DNA of 64,000 bases from the human T2T-CHM13v2.0 reference genome, Homo sapiens. Of this stretch, positions 1-12,963 are shown piece by piece (positions within the stretch are counted from its first letter, which is position 1; every line of letters begins with the position of its first letter). The DNA lies in assembly GCF_009914755.1 (NCBI RefSeq), contig NC_060928.1; one strand, 5' to 3'. The translations under genes and the position numbers were made by a program. The notes under the pieces are model-generated. The model did no database searches and was not told where the DNA came from. It saw only the letters and a list, made by a program, of their open reading frames with translations.

Positions 1-282
1 ATGCATATGTGTTCCAGTTGACAGCCTTAGCTATGCTCCCAGCCAATCACAAGCATCCACTGCAACCATGTGAGTGAGTCCTTTTAGCCTGGTCATGTCT
101 TTAGATGACTCTAGCTTCAGACACTATCTGACTCCAATTACATGAAAGATCCTAAGCCAGATGCATCCAGATGAACTCAGTCAACCCACAGAACCATAAG
201 ACATAATAATAAATTGTTGCTTTAATCTATTAAATTTGTGATTGGATTGTTCAATGTTTTTTTTTTTTAAAAAACTGGAACA
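1..282 (+). mobile_element. MaLR LTR 3' part (MLT1G/H-like), truncated by window edge
   Basis: MLT1-type end: cccacagaaccataag...aataaattgttgctttaatc...aactggaaca; boundaries approximate. Confidence 0.6.
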
Positions 283-950
283 TTAACCATTGTTAGCTGG
301 TACTGTTGTATTTGAAACAAAATTTGAAAATAATTGCAGGAAATAGATGGTTGCATAAGATCTCTGTATAATGTTGCATAAGACCAATAGTGAGGAGAGC
401 TTACTATACATGACACCTTTCAGAATCATATACGGACATCGTGATTCAAAGAAACCAAGAAAAAATAAAAAGAAAGCTCAAGGTAGCACTTAGCACTGCA
501 CATTTGGAGTTGATGAGATGCCATTATGAGTATGGCACTTTACTGTTTATGACAACCCTGGGGAATATGAATTATTATTATCTTCATTCTTTCTTTCCCC
601 CTCCCTTCCTTTCTATCTCTCTCCCTTCCTCCCTCCCTTCCTCCCTTTTTTCTTTCCCTCCTTCCGATTTCCAAGTTGCTTTCACTGTGCTCCACTCCAC
701 CACACCTCAGCAGGAGCCTGTCTCATGTCCGCAGTCTCCCCATGCCATTCATAGTATGTGACATACAAAAGGATGCTGCTCAAGCAGGTATCCCTGTGAT
801 GTCAGGTGAGCCATCTCTGAAGTGAGAGGCTAGCTCCTGCAGGATTTCATCCTCAGAAGTCCTGATGTGCTGCCTTAATCATCTTTGTTATTCTCTCGGA
901 TCAGAAATCATCAATGGCCTGTTTTTTAAGGAACAATGTATTACACATAC

Positions 951-976
951 GTGTGTGTGTGTGTGTGTGTGTGTGT
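951..976 (+). repeat. (GT)13 microsatellite
   Basis: Read directly; ends 74 nt upstream of the exon starting at 1051. Confidence 0.98.
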
Positions 977-1050
977 ATTTTTAAAGCCTACCAAAACAGA
1001 TATGTACACCTTTGTTATGCTGAAGGACAAACAACTCTTTTTGTTTTCAG

Positions 1051-1176
1051 GTATTCCAAAGTTGATTACGTCTGATATGGTTAAAGAAGGTGCTGCTGTA
1101 ATTGATGTGGGTATCAACTATGTCCACGATCCAGTGACAGGAAAGACAAAATTAGTTGGAGATGTGGACTTCGAAG
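1051..1176 (+). CDS. MTHFD2L: MTHFD2L penultimate coding exon (mitochondrial methylenetetrahydrofolate dehydrogenase/cyclohydrolase 2-like)
   Basis: tttcag acceptor at 1049-1050, G|gtaata donor at 1177; 126 nt, phase 1-1; encodes (G)[41 protein letters not shown] with the FolD-family VIDVGIN and LVGDVDF motifs. Confidence 0.97.
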
Positions 1177-3799
1177 GTAATAAACCAATATCTTTTGATA
1201 GGTGAAGAAGATAAAAAAATTCCACCTTACGTATTTTAAAAATAGAGAAGTTTCATTTATGGAGGAATTATTAACTTATTAATCATCACCTCTTTCTTCT
1301 GAGGGAAAAGATTTTAATCAGACTTAAATATTTACTTTCTCCCTTCCTCTCTCTTTCCCTCCCTTTCATCCTTCCTTTCTTCCTTTTCTCCCTCTCTTCT
1401 AATTGTATCATTAATATTTGGTTTAGGGATCAAATTTCTTATAGTACAGTTTTTATTGATAGAATACAGCTGGCCTTTTATAGACCTGGGCATAGTTTTG
1501 AATTTTGGGAGTTGACATCTTACTCTACGCTTAGTCAAATATGCTCTATGCTCAGCCATTCACTCTTAGAGCCAGAAGGCACCTTAGGGTGTGTCTGCCA
1601 ACCCTAACTACATTTCAGATCTAGGTAGTTATCTAGATAGTTGAAGTCAGTGTTTTTCACTTGTGTTTTAGAGAGAATAAAGAAAAGGAACTAAGCTAAA
1701 GTTTTTGTGGTCGATGAAAGATACAAGGCAACAAATATGTAGTAGTAAAAAAAAAATTCTAACCCAGTCTTCTCTTTACAATAGGGGAAACTGGGCCCCA
1801 GTACTTCTAGATGCCTGACCCTCTAATCTGATTTTACTTCCGTTATCTTTGTCATATATTTACCTGCATTCAGATTTTCAGTGTGCCTAGGAGTCTTAGA
1901 TGTCTATGAAGGCATGAATATAGTAAAGTTAAGTGGTGACATTTTTATGTTAGAAATATTTTTTGTATAAGAGTGATTATTCTGGCCAAAAAATACAGTG
2001 CCACATCAAGAACTTTGTTAGTTATAGGTGTGTCCTTCTTACAGAGAAACTGAAAAGAATAGGTGATGCCATTTTAAAAATAATTTAGATTTTGTTTTTT
2101 CACTTAGAACCTGGTCATCAGGTGATGGTTTACCCAAGTTCTAGCATATTGTTGAATAAAATAGAAAATGCAGATAGTTAGAAGTGTCCTAGGGTACTGG
2201 CCCTATATATGTGAGATTCTAAGATACATCAGGGACCAGATCCAAGTAAGCCATTTGAGCCTAAAAGAAAAAGAAAACTGTAAGGACACATATGTGCAAC
2301 AATGCGTTCTAGAGACAAAATGGTGTAAATAAGAGCAAAGTACAGATGTACCGTACCAAAGAAAACACTGCTGCCCTCATTGGCTCTAATACACAGGGTC
2401 TCTGACATGGTTGGAACTCTATTCTAGCAAGGCTGGCTCTTGACATGAACATGTCTATCTGTACGTATATACATATGTCTGTGTGTGTGTTGTGTACATG
2501 CTGAAATCACTAGGGAATGACCTCATTTATTTATTTAATCTTCCATGTTCAATCACTTAGGCCAGATATGAGTAACTTATTTGAATTTCTCAACTTGAAA
2601 GAGTAAAGTGCATTTTATTTTAAAACCTGGCTTATTTATTTTCTTTACTGTCATTCTGTTTCTTGATAACATTATAGTTATGCATTCATTGCAAAATTAC
2701 CACATTTGTGATGCACCCAGATGGCACTGACAACATGAGATAACCAGCTTGAGGCAAGAAAAGCAGGGATGTTTGCAGTTCACAGCCTTGACTGCCTGTA
2801 AGGCAAGCTTACCCAGCAGTTCAGTCCAGCACATTTTACAAGACTCTTCTCTCATAGAGTATTTTTTTGGTCTCATGTCACTTCCATGCTTTCTTCTTTT
2901 TTAAGTAAGAATGTTTTTTACTGAAAGTAAAAAGTATTCTGAAAGCAATTTTTACATGAGCATTTTTGGTGGGTGTATATGCTTAGTAGCACATATACTC
3001 ACTTCATGTCACATGAAGTCTAACTTGTTAATGATTATTAAATCAAATTGTAGTTCTGTGTATCTAAGTATATATAAAAATTTTAAAAGGAGATGGAAAA
3101 GAGACAAAGATATGAGATGAACAGGGCTGGGAGACCTAGCCTGTTGCCCTATAGTTTTGCCACCTCACTAGCTGTCAGTGATATCAGTTAAATGATAGCA
3201 ATTATATTAGTGGCTCCATTCAGCTCTACTGTTTGGCATATCTTGGACATCCAACAGAGCATTACCAAATGATCGTGTAAAAGCACAGAAACTTTCACCT
3301 GGAAGGTCGAGCTTTTCTAATCCTCTCATAAAAGACACCCATATGATTAGTTGTATCTAGCTTGCCAGCCTGCTGATTCATGGAGCAAGAGTACTAATGA
3401 GGACCTGGACTTGGTAAAGAAGGCTTTGCCAGTGAGGCCATGACTCAGCCACCCACAGGAGCAGGCAAGTGATAGGTTTTGACATGTTGCTCTTCAAGTT
3501 GTTCATCAGGACTTAACCTGAGGTGAAGGATGATCCCCCAACTGAGAGGGAGGAATTTTAAGATGGGTTATGCCACAAAACTCATAAGTAACATTTGGCT
3601 TCAAATTGCCACAGGGAAAGTGTGGTGGCTGCTTTGTGAGTATCGGTGAAAAGTTTCACTATAACTATAGCCAAGATAAACAAAACAGATGTAGATAAAA
3701 TCAATCGTTGAAGTAAATCGTCCTTGCAGAAATCTTTGTTTCATTAGTAAAGAAAACTGGATGACCCCGTTAAAAGTAGGTAACATTGATGGGAATGAT

Positions 3800-5415
3800 T
3801 TATCCACATAAATAAACAAAATGGCTGTGACAGAAAGGATGACAATGTCCCAGAGGATGTAAAAAACTTCACATTAAAGGAATCTGCAGTGATATTTCAT
3901 GCCATTGAAAGGGCAAAGGATAAAATGTTGGAAGCTGATTCATACTTAGAAAGGAATCTGCCAGTTCACCAAGGCATAGAAAAGATGCTTGCTCCTTCTA
4001 ACTGGTGTGAGATGGTATCTCATTGTGGTTTTGATTTGCATTTCTCTGATGGCCAGTGATGATGAGCATTTATTCATGTGTCTTTTGGCTGCATAAATGT
4101 CTTCTTTTGAGAAGTGTCCGTTAATATCCTTCGCCCACTTGTTGATGGGGTTGTTTGTTTTTTTTTTTCTTGTAAATTTGTTTGAGTTCTTTGTAGATTC
4201 TGGATATTAGCCCTTTATCATATAAGTAGATGCAAAAATTTTCTCCCATTCTGTACATTGCCTGTTCACTCTGATGGGAGTTTCTTTTGCTGTGCAGAAG
4301 CTCTAAAAATCAGGAAACAACAGGTGCTGGAGAGGATATGGAGAAATAGGAACACTTTTACACGGTGGGACTGTAAACTAGTTCAACCATTGTGGAAGTC
4401 AGTGTGGCGATTCCTCAGGGATCTAGAACTAGAAATACCAATTGACCCAGCCATGCCATTGCTGGGTATATACCCAAAGGACTATAAATCATGCTGCTAT
4501 AAAGACACATGCACACGTATGTTTATTTCAGTACTATTCACAATAGCAAAGACTTGGAACCAACCCAAATGTCCATCAATGTTAGACTGGATTAAGAAAA
4601 TGTGGCACATATACACCATTGAATACTATGCAGCCATAAAAAAGGATGACTTCATGTCCTTTGTAGGGACATGGATGAATCTGGAAACCATCATTCTCAG
4701 CAAACTATCGCAAGGACAAAAAACCAAACACTGCATGTTCTCATTCATAGGTGGGAACTGAACAATGAGAACACTTGGACACAGGAAGGGAAACATCACA
4801 CACCGGGGCCTGTTGTGGGGTGAGGGGGATGGGGGAGGGATAGCATTACGAGATATACCTACTGTAAATGACGAGTTAATGGGTGCAGCACACCCACATG
4901 GCACATGTATACATATGTAACAAGACTGCACGTTGAGCACATGTACCCTAAAACTTAAAGTATAATTTAAAAAAAGACTTAAAAAAAGATGTTTGCTCCT
5001 AATCATCAGTTGTATGACCAAAAGAAGGCAAGCACCATTCAAACTATTCTTTGCAAAATGTTTACAGAGAAATAAAACACTTCAGTTCTCAATGTTTCCA
5101 AAATTTTAAATTGCATTCGTTTTTTTAAATATTAGTTTAATTTTGCTAGTAGTTAGTAGTAGTTTTACTATTAATTTTACTACTAGTAAATAGTAATATT
5201 TGTTTTACTATTATCAGTAATATTAATTTTACTACTATTTTTAATCCCCTATACATTTATAGACCACAGTAAGAGAACTTTTAATGTTTTGACAAAAAAT
5301 TTTTAAAGGTCACTAAACAAATATAATTTCTCCCATTGACTACTAAAATTGCTTTGCACTGTTTCAACAGTCATCTTTGTGGTCTTACACTACTGTGAAA
5401 ACTGAGCACTGCTTG
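3800..5415 (+). mobile_element. Tigger/pogo DNA transposon remnant (Tigger6/MER97-like), split by an L1 insertion
   Basis: Degenerate transposase C-terminus (KDDNVPEDVKNFTLKE...[24 protein letters not shown] | HQLYDQKKASTIQT) resumes after the L1; right TIR-like ...actgagcactgcttg followed by TA; left TIR not seen. Confidence 0.6.
3997..4983 (+). mobile_element. 5'-truncated L1PA (L1PA4/5-like) with 5' inversion
   Basis: 3997-4304 is antisense ORF2 end; 4305-4983 is sense ORF2 C-terminus, 3'UTR and A-tail; 17-bp TSD aaaagatg(c/t)ttgctcct at 3980-3996 and 4984-5000. Confidence 0.95.
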
Positions 5416-7090
5416 TATTTTTCTCTGTGTCTAATTAAATCTCATGAAATTAGTGATCATATAGTTCAAATTCATATCCAATGCCATAATCACTTCTACA
5501 TGATTATTCAGTTGTTTGGTTACAGTTTCTCACTGTTACTATTACTGTCTAGGTAGGTTGTTCACTGTGGAAGGTAATGTTTGCTAAGCACCTTGCCAAC
5601 CATTATGTTCTTTTCCTCAACATACATTGAAGTTAGGCCTTTCCTGCAATGCCATGCCTCTCTGGATGTTTTGGGAAATAAATAGGACCTTAAAGTTATT
5701 ACTAAATTGAAGTGCTATTTTGTTTTGTATTGATTTCCAGTTACAGAACTTGACAGTTCATCAATATGTCCAGCTTCTGACAAATGCTTAACATTCCTCT
5801 TCTATTACTTGAACATACTTCCTCCCTCCTAACTTATGTCATTAAAAGAAGAAACAGTATTTAAAACCATCTGTGATAACATTATTTTGCATGTCTAAGA
5901 ATTATTTTTCATTACTAATAATCATGCAGCAAATAATTATTCATTTATAAGTTTATGTTTGCTATATAGATTATTACTTTTTTACACTTAGGTATACCTA
6001 CTTTCACAGGCAATTTTTTTAAACCATTTTCTATTGTAGCTTAGAAAGAAACTTCATACATTTCTGACAAAGAAGGCTTTATTCTCAAAAGATAGAAATG
6101 AGATTATGTGCCATGAGTAGTAAATAGCTTCTTGTAAATAACACATTGGAAAACAGTATGTAGTCCTAGACTCAAAAACTCTTAATTATACCGTTCTTAA
6201 TTCATCAAATGGATTTGATCAGCTAAACAGTCTAATTAATGACTTCCATGCTGTTAATTCAATTAACCATGCTCTTATGGGTGAATTCTTGGGCCTCATT
6301 TACTTCTCATAGCTAACGCAAAGACATTTCTCTACCCTTTTGAAGCTTTAGTAGCTTTGCTTCAATTTTATGATGCTTCCTGCAGGGATTGAGGTGGAAT
6401 AAGAACTGGAGTGTCTATTCCCTGTTGCCTGCCATCTCTCCTCCCTGTATTCCAACTCTGACAATGCCTTTCCACTTATTGGTTTATACTAAAACAAGGA
6501 ATGAAACAGACAGGAAAGAATTGGTGTTGTAAAGAAATGAAAGAGACAGGAAAGAGAAATGATGTGTAGGCATTTTTGTTAAAGTAAAAATAAATGAGGT
6601 TAATGTTTAAGAGTGACTTTCCTCTCTCTACTGTCTTAACATAATTGGATAGTAAAATTTAAAGTGGTAAGTCTTTGTAAAGGTGATAAGTCTAATGTAA
6701 AGGTACATTATATTGTTGATGAAACTGGTTTAAATTACAAAAAATAAAGAAGTCACACTTTATGGAAAAGAATGTCTACTCCTCTAGCGCAACTGACATT
6801 ATCATTGTATTTTGTACTAGAGTTGCTTCCAGATATTTTATGTATGCATCAACTATATAGTTTGAGGAATATATGTGACTTATGCACTTAAACTTGTTTT
6901 ACTGATTTGCCATGCTGAAATTCTGGTTTGTGGTTATGTTCAGTGCATGTATCATTATTTGGTTCATCCTTTTTCTATTGTGAAACTCTTAGGTTGTTTC
7001 CATTTTTTCCTTTTAAGTATTATACTTGAGTATAGGTGAAGGACTATAACAAAGGGGAACCAAAATGCAATGACTCAAGATAATTTGGCT

Positions 7091-7443
<353 letters not shown>

Positions 7444-7482
7444 CTATGCTTCATTCAGGGATACTGTTTTCTCCTATCCCAC

Positions 7483-7852
7483 TGTTTATATTAGTTTTCC
7501 AGAAATGCCATAACAAAGTACCACAGACAGAATGGTTTAAACAGAAATTTACTTCTTACAATTCTGGAGGCTGGAAGTCCAGGATCAGGGGATTGATAAG
7601 GATGTTTCTGCTGAGTCAACCTTGCCAGGTAGATGGCCATTTTCTCCCTGTGTCTTCTCATTGTCTTACCTCTGTATGTGTCCATGTCCAAATTTCCTCT
7701 TCTTAGAAGGTTGGATTAGACCCTATGCTAATAACCTCATTTTAACTTAATTTTATTTTTAAAGACTTTGTCTCCTGAAACAGTCATTCTGAGGTACTGG
7801 GGTTAAGACTTCAACATCTGAATTTAGAGGGGACACAATTCATCCCATAACA
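7483..7852 (-). mobile_element. MLT1A/B MaLR solo LTR
   Basis: gccataacaaagtaccacagac...ttctggaggctggaagtcc...gacttcaacatctgaattt...cccataaca. Confidence 0.8.
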
Positions 7853-8635
7853 CCGTTCCACCTGAGTGTTGTCCTTATCCACATGGTTGAAGTTGAATTG
7901 CCTCCTCATTTATGTTCTCTTCTAAGGAAAAGTGAAAGAGAGAGCCCAGAACAATAAAATCCATCTTTAATAAAATTGAACTAGAAGGTGCATGCATCAC
8001 ATCTGCTAGCTTTCTACTGACCTGAATATAGTCATGTGTGGAGTACAAGGGATGTGGAATCCATAGTCTCTGAATGGGAGGCTACACTTTGGTAAATAAT
8101 AATCTACCCTTTACATAAGAACTTGAAGACTAATCTCTTACTTAGGGTAGAAAAGAAAGATATTTATTTATCTAACATCCACATATCATTCAGCTTACCT
8201 ATCCAGAATTCATTTTGTTCTGAAAAACCTCAGGGGACAATCTCGTCATTGTCTGATTGCTTTCTAATTGGTTTCAAAGCATGCTCCACTTACTAACTTT
8301 TTTCTGAGGTTTTGGTGAAATCCTAGTGTCACTGAAGACATATCTTGGCTCAGATCTTACCCTGAGCTTTCCATGGATCTTAGATACACAGATTTGCAAT
8401 AACATTTGTGCAGGTAATACAACCTCACCTAAATGTCTTTAATTCTAACTAAACTGTTTATTATTCAATCATTGATATAGATTTGATACTTTTTGACCAT
8501 GTTATACAATTTTGAAAATTGTGTCAGGTCCCTTTTGTGACTTTCATTTTTTATATCTCTATCTTCACTGGCTTATTTTCAGTCTCTTGATTATTACTGT
8601 TTTTAGTGTAGCCCTTCAGATTCTTCAAATTAGGT

Positions 8636-9480
8636 TCATTCATTTAGTTGTTCAATGCTATTGAGCATCTGCTATGTGTCAGGCATTTTTATAGTCACTT
8701 GGGATACAACAGTGACCTAAAAAGACAAAGTACTTACTCACCAGTAGCTTCCATTTTGGTTATAGGAGACAGATAATAAACAAATACATATCTATATAAC
8801 AAGGCAGTGTCTTAGTGATACAAAAATAAAACAAGATAAGAGGGCTAGAGAATGGTGGCATGGAGTTTCTTAGAAAAGGTGGTCAGGGAAGGCTTATGCT
8901 AACCTGAATAAATGAAGAAGGGAGTCGTGGACAGATGAGGGAGCAGCATTCCAGGCAAGTGGAGCAGCAAATGCAAGACCTTGAGGGGGGCCTGGCTGGC
9001 GGTTTTTATGAGCTGCAAGGGGGCCATTGTAACTGAAACAGTAAGTAAGGAAGTGAGTGATAGAGAATAAAGTCAAAGAGGTAGCAGCAATCCCATCTTA
9101 TAGACCAAGGAAGGATATTTGGATTATACTCTAACGCAGTGGAAATCCATTGGAGGATGTGGGGCAAAGAAATCACATTTGACTTGTATTTTAACAGTGT
9201 CACTCTGGCTACTGAATGACACATAGGCCGTATAGAGGTAAAGGTGTAAATAGGGATACCTGTTAAGAGGCTATTGTAATTATCCAAGTAAGAACTGATG
9301 GGGCGTGGACCAGGTTGTAATGGGTGAAGATGTTAAGAGGTGGTTAGATGGTAGATATAATTTTAAAGGAGAGTTGGAATGATTGGTTAAACAAGTAGAT
9401 ATGAGGGAAAGAGAAGAATCAATCAAGTGTGACTCAAAGGATTTTGGAATAAGCAAGAGTGGAGGTGCCAGTTCTGGAAT
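8636..9480 (-). mobile_element. L2 (L2a-like) 3' fragment
   Basis: ttcattcattt tail, attgagcatctgctatgtgtcaggca and continuing L2 3' sequence; ends approximate. Confidence 0.7.
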
Positions 9481-10029
9481 CCTCTTGAGATGAATCTTAA
9501 AGGTTCAATGAATTTTACTCAAGTATGTGTATTTAGGGTAGATAATGGGCAAAAGAGAGGAAGGGGCTCTTTCCTGGTAGAGGGAACAAAGAATCAAAGG
9601 AAAGGAGGCAACATTACAAAAGGTTTTATGCACTCAATAGCAGACCCAACATGGGCTGTTGAAAGAAGGAAGTATGATATTGTATACAATTGTGAATTTT
9701 CCCCAAATATCTGGTGCCTTATTTTGAATTTTTCAAAAGAATCTCCACCAGGCAGGAAATCTCCCCTATAAAGGGACCTTTTAATTTGAGACTCCATCTG
9801 GCGAAACCATTCCTCAAAATTCCAACCCAATAGTCAAGCATAAGGTCAGGAAAGGGTTTGGAATTACATAGAAGCTCAGTATCATTATCCTAAGAAACTA
9901 CTAGAGATGAGGTGAAAACCCCTGGAGTGCTTTGTAAGCAGCTTTCTATGTTTTCTTTTAATGCTTTGTATTTGAAAGTTTGGATTCATCTTTCACTCCC
10001 TGCTCTTTTTGTATTATGTCCAACCTTTC

Positions 10030-10220
10030 ATAAAAGACTATGCTTTGGAGTCAAGCTAACTTGGGTTTGAATCCCAACTCTACTGCTTAAAACAATTATG
10101 ATCTTAAGTAAATCATTTCACCACTCTGAGACTCAATTATATCATCTGAAAGATTGTGATAATAATTTCCATCTTATAAAGTTGTTGTGAAGATTAAATG
10201 AAATAATCACCTTACATAAG
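10030..10220 (+). mobile_element. MIR
   Basis: gctttggagtcaag...gggtttgaatcccaactctact...actctgagactca...gttgtgaagattaaatga core. Confidence 0.75.
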
Positions 10221-10266
10221 CTAGTTAATGTAGGTGAATTGCCAAGCATAATGCCTGGTGAAAGAC

Positions 10267-10294
10267 TGTGTGTGTGTGTGTGTGTGTACGCGCG
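10267..10294 (+). repeat. (TG)10T + ACGCGCG alternating purine-pyrimidine tract
   Basis: Read directly. Confidence 0.95.
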
Positions 10295-10562
10295 AGGGTA
10301 CATTGCTCACGTTTTCTCTCCATTCCCACGAAAGTATTAACCCAGAAGTATACAACTTCACGCTTCAGTTACCACCATCCTCCTCATTACTTTTCTGGCC
10401 TAAACTCTCTTCCAGTGTAGTCTGTTCTCTTTGCCCAACTCTCATATGAATCAACTTTAAAGCACTCATGCTTATTCCCATCTTCTCCTGACTCTCCTTA
10501 CAGGTTTAATTTGCCTTACTCATTTTGCTCTTAATGCTATACTGCGTTGCACTTTTACTTAG

Positions 10563-10939
<377 letters not shown>

Positions 10940-12446
10940 CATTTCTTTTATATCTCTGTCCCACACCAAATTTCAGCCTTCTTATTCAGACCACTGTTTA
11001 TTTGTATGAACATTCTCTGTATTTAAAAACCAGTGGTATCATTCTTACATTACAGAAATACTCCCCTCAAGTTAACTTAATGGGAACAAAAGCTTTCATG
11101 CAGAGTAATAGCAACTATGTCATTAATTCAACAACACATATTCATTAATGATACATCCATTGATTCTTCGTTTATTTACTCAGCACATATTTTGTGAGTG
11201 CTGCTTCATACTAGGCACTATTTGAGGTCCTGGGTATATCTGTGCACATGATAAATAAAGTGCCTGGAATTTATGTTTTCCAGATTATGCAAAGTAAGCT
11301 TATTTGGAAAGTAGTTTGGCACTGCTTACTCCCAAGTGTGTGTTCTACAACATGGGAAAGTAAGTGTATATAATCAGTTTCTAAGTAAACAGGGATGGTT
11401 TTTAACTGTATCATTTTTACAAAACTATTATTAATCTGTGATTACAAAGAATCAAATTAAAGTGACTCCCAACCACTTCAGTTTTCAGTGTCAATCATTT
11501 AATTTGATGATATGGCTAATCAGTCTGACTCAAAATATCTACATTTTGCATTAGATAATTATAAAGTAGTTCAAAGCTCCAGCTTTTACTATAAGAGAAG
11601 ATCTTATACTTTAACCCAGAGGTAACTTGTTCCAATCCTTTAGAAAAGTTGATGAACATTATAAAAGCCCCTCTGTGAGACTGTTATTAACGCTGTGATC
11701 ACAGAACCCACACTGAGCATTTCACGAAACAGGTAGAACCACTGATGGTCACTATGAGATTCCTATCATTAGTAAGTCAACTGCCTCCATTGTGGCTTAC
11801 AACATGGACAGAATGGTTACTGTGAAGTCTAGGCCTTTGAAATCAAATCAACTTCTAGAGACTTCTATTTAGTAGATGTCTTTGACATTGGATCATCTAC
11901 CTTTATAGAGCAGAGTTAAAGTTGAAACAAAAAATACATTCACAGGAACAAGAGAAGTGACTAATGCTTCTGCAAGTTTTTCTTTGCTTGAACTGTGATG
12001 AGTTTTTTTTTATAGTTGTTTCTCAGTGATCCATATTAAAACACAAATACCTATGGAAGGGAGATTTTATCTGCTCCTATCTCAGACTACAGAGATTAAG
12101 GCCCTGCCAAGAGATTTGGAGAGTACTCCAGAAAGCTTTATCTAGTTTACAGATTTGCCACTCTGATACAAATATTCAGTGACTTCAGGCAAAAGGGATT
12201 GGGTGGGGGAGGGAAAGGATTGGAGACAATGACAAGAGTGTATGATGATCTTGTATTTTTAAAGACATGATGAAAGGGAGATATTTTTAGTAATTTTCCC
12301 AGCTCTTAATAGAACTACCAGAAATATCATAGCAGTATTGTTACTCCTGCCTACTGAAATGGAATCTGGCAATGACAGCTGACAGCATCCATGGTCAGAA
12401 AGAAGGTTTCACTGATAGGTCATAGCTGGAGTTCACAGAAAGCAAT

Positions 12447-12533
12447 TTTTTTTTAGTAGAAATATCTTTTTTATTTTATTTTATTATTATTATACTTTAA
12501 GTTTTAGGGTACATGTGCACAATGTGCAGGTTT
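12447..12533 (-). mobile_element. Extremely 5'-truncated L1PA (PA3-like) 3' end
   Basis: ttatactttaagttttagggtacatgtgcacaatgtgcaggttt bracketed by 11-bp TSD cagaaagcaat (12436-12446, 12534-12544). Confidence 0.88.
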
Positions 12534-12644
12534 CAGAAAGCAATCTCAAACTTTCTCCAGGTGACTGACATGCTATTTGGTTCCACTAATTGTCTTCTAA
12601 GTGGTATGAGTGGTATTTTTTTCTAAGTGGTATGAGTGGTATTT

Positions 12645-12963
12645 ATTTTGTTTTTTATGGTTTTTTGAATAGGTTTTTAAATTATTATACTTTAAGCTCT
12701 AGGGTACATGTGCAGAACGTCCAGGTTTGTTACATAGGTATACAAGTGTCATGGTGGTTGGCTGCACCCATCAACCCATTGTCTACATTAAGTATTTCTC
12801 CTAATGCTATTCCTTCCCTTGCCCTCCACCCCCGACAGGCCCCAGTGTGTGATGTTCCCCTCCCTGTGTCCATGTGTTCTCATTGTTCAACTCCCACTTA
12901 TAAGTGAGAGCATGCAGTGTTTGGTTTTCTGTTCTTGTGTTAGTTTGCTGAGAATGATGGTTT
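12645..12963 (-). mobile_element. L1PA (PA7/8-like) 3' UTR fragment
   Basis: ttatactttaagctctagggtacatgtgcagaacg...gagaatgatggttt. Confidence 0.9.

Noticed and set aside
936-1205. 89-aa ORF as an independent protein
   Set aside because: It is the MTHFD2L exon 1051-1176 plus intronic flanks, including the GT repeat
580-1400. CT-rich tracts either side of the MTHFD2L exon as H-DNA or PTB elements
   Set aside because: Imperfect low-complexity tracts, probably decayed repeat tails; no long mirror symmetry verified
4258-4761. 167-aa ORF
   Set aside because: L1 ORF2 C-terminus fused across the inversion junction; no promoter or ATG start
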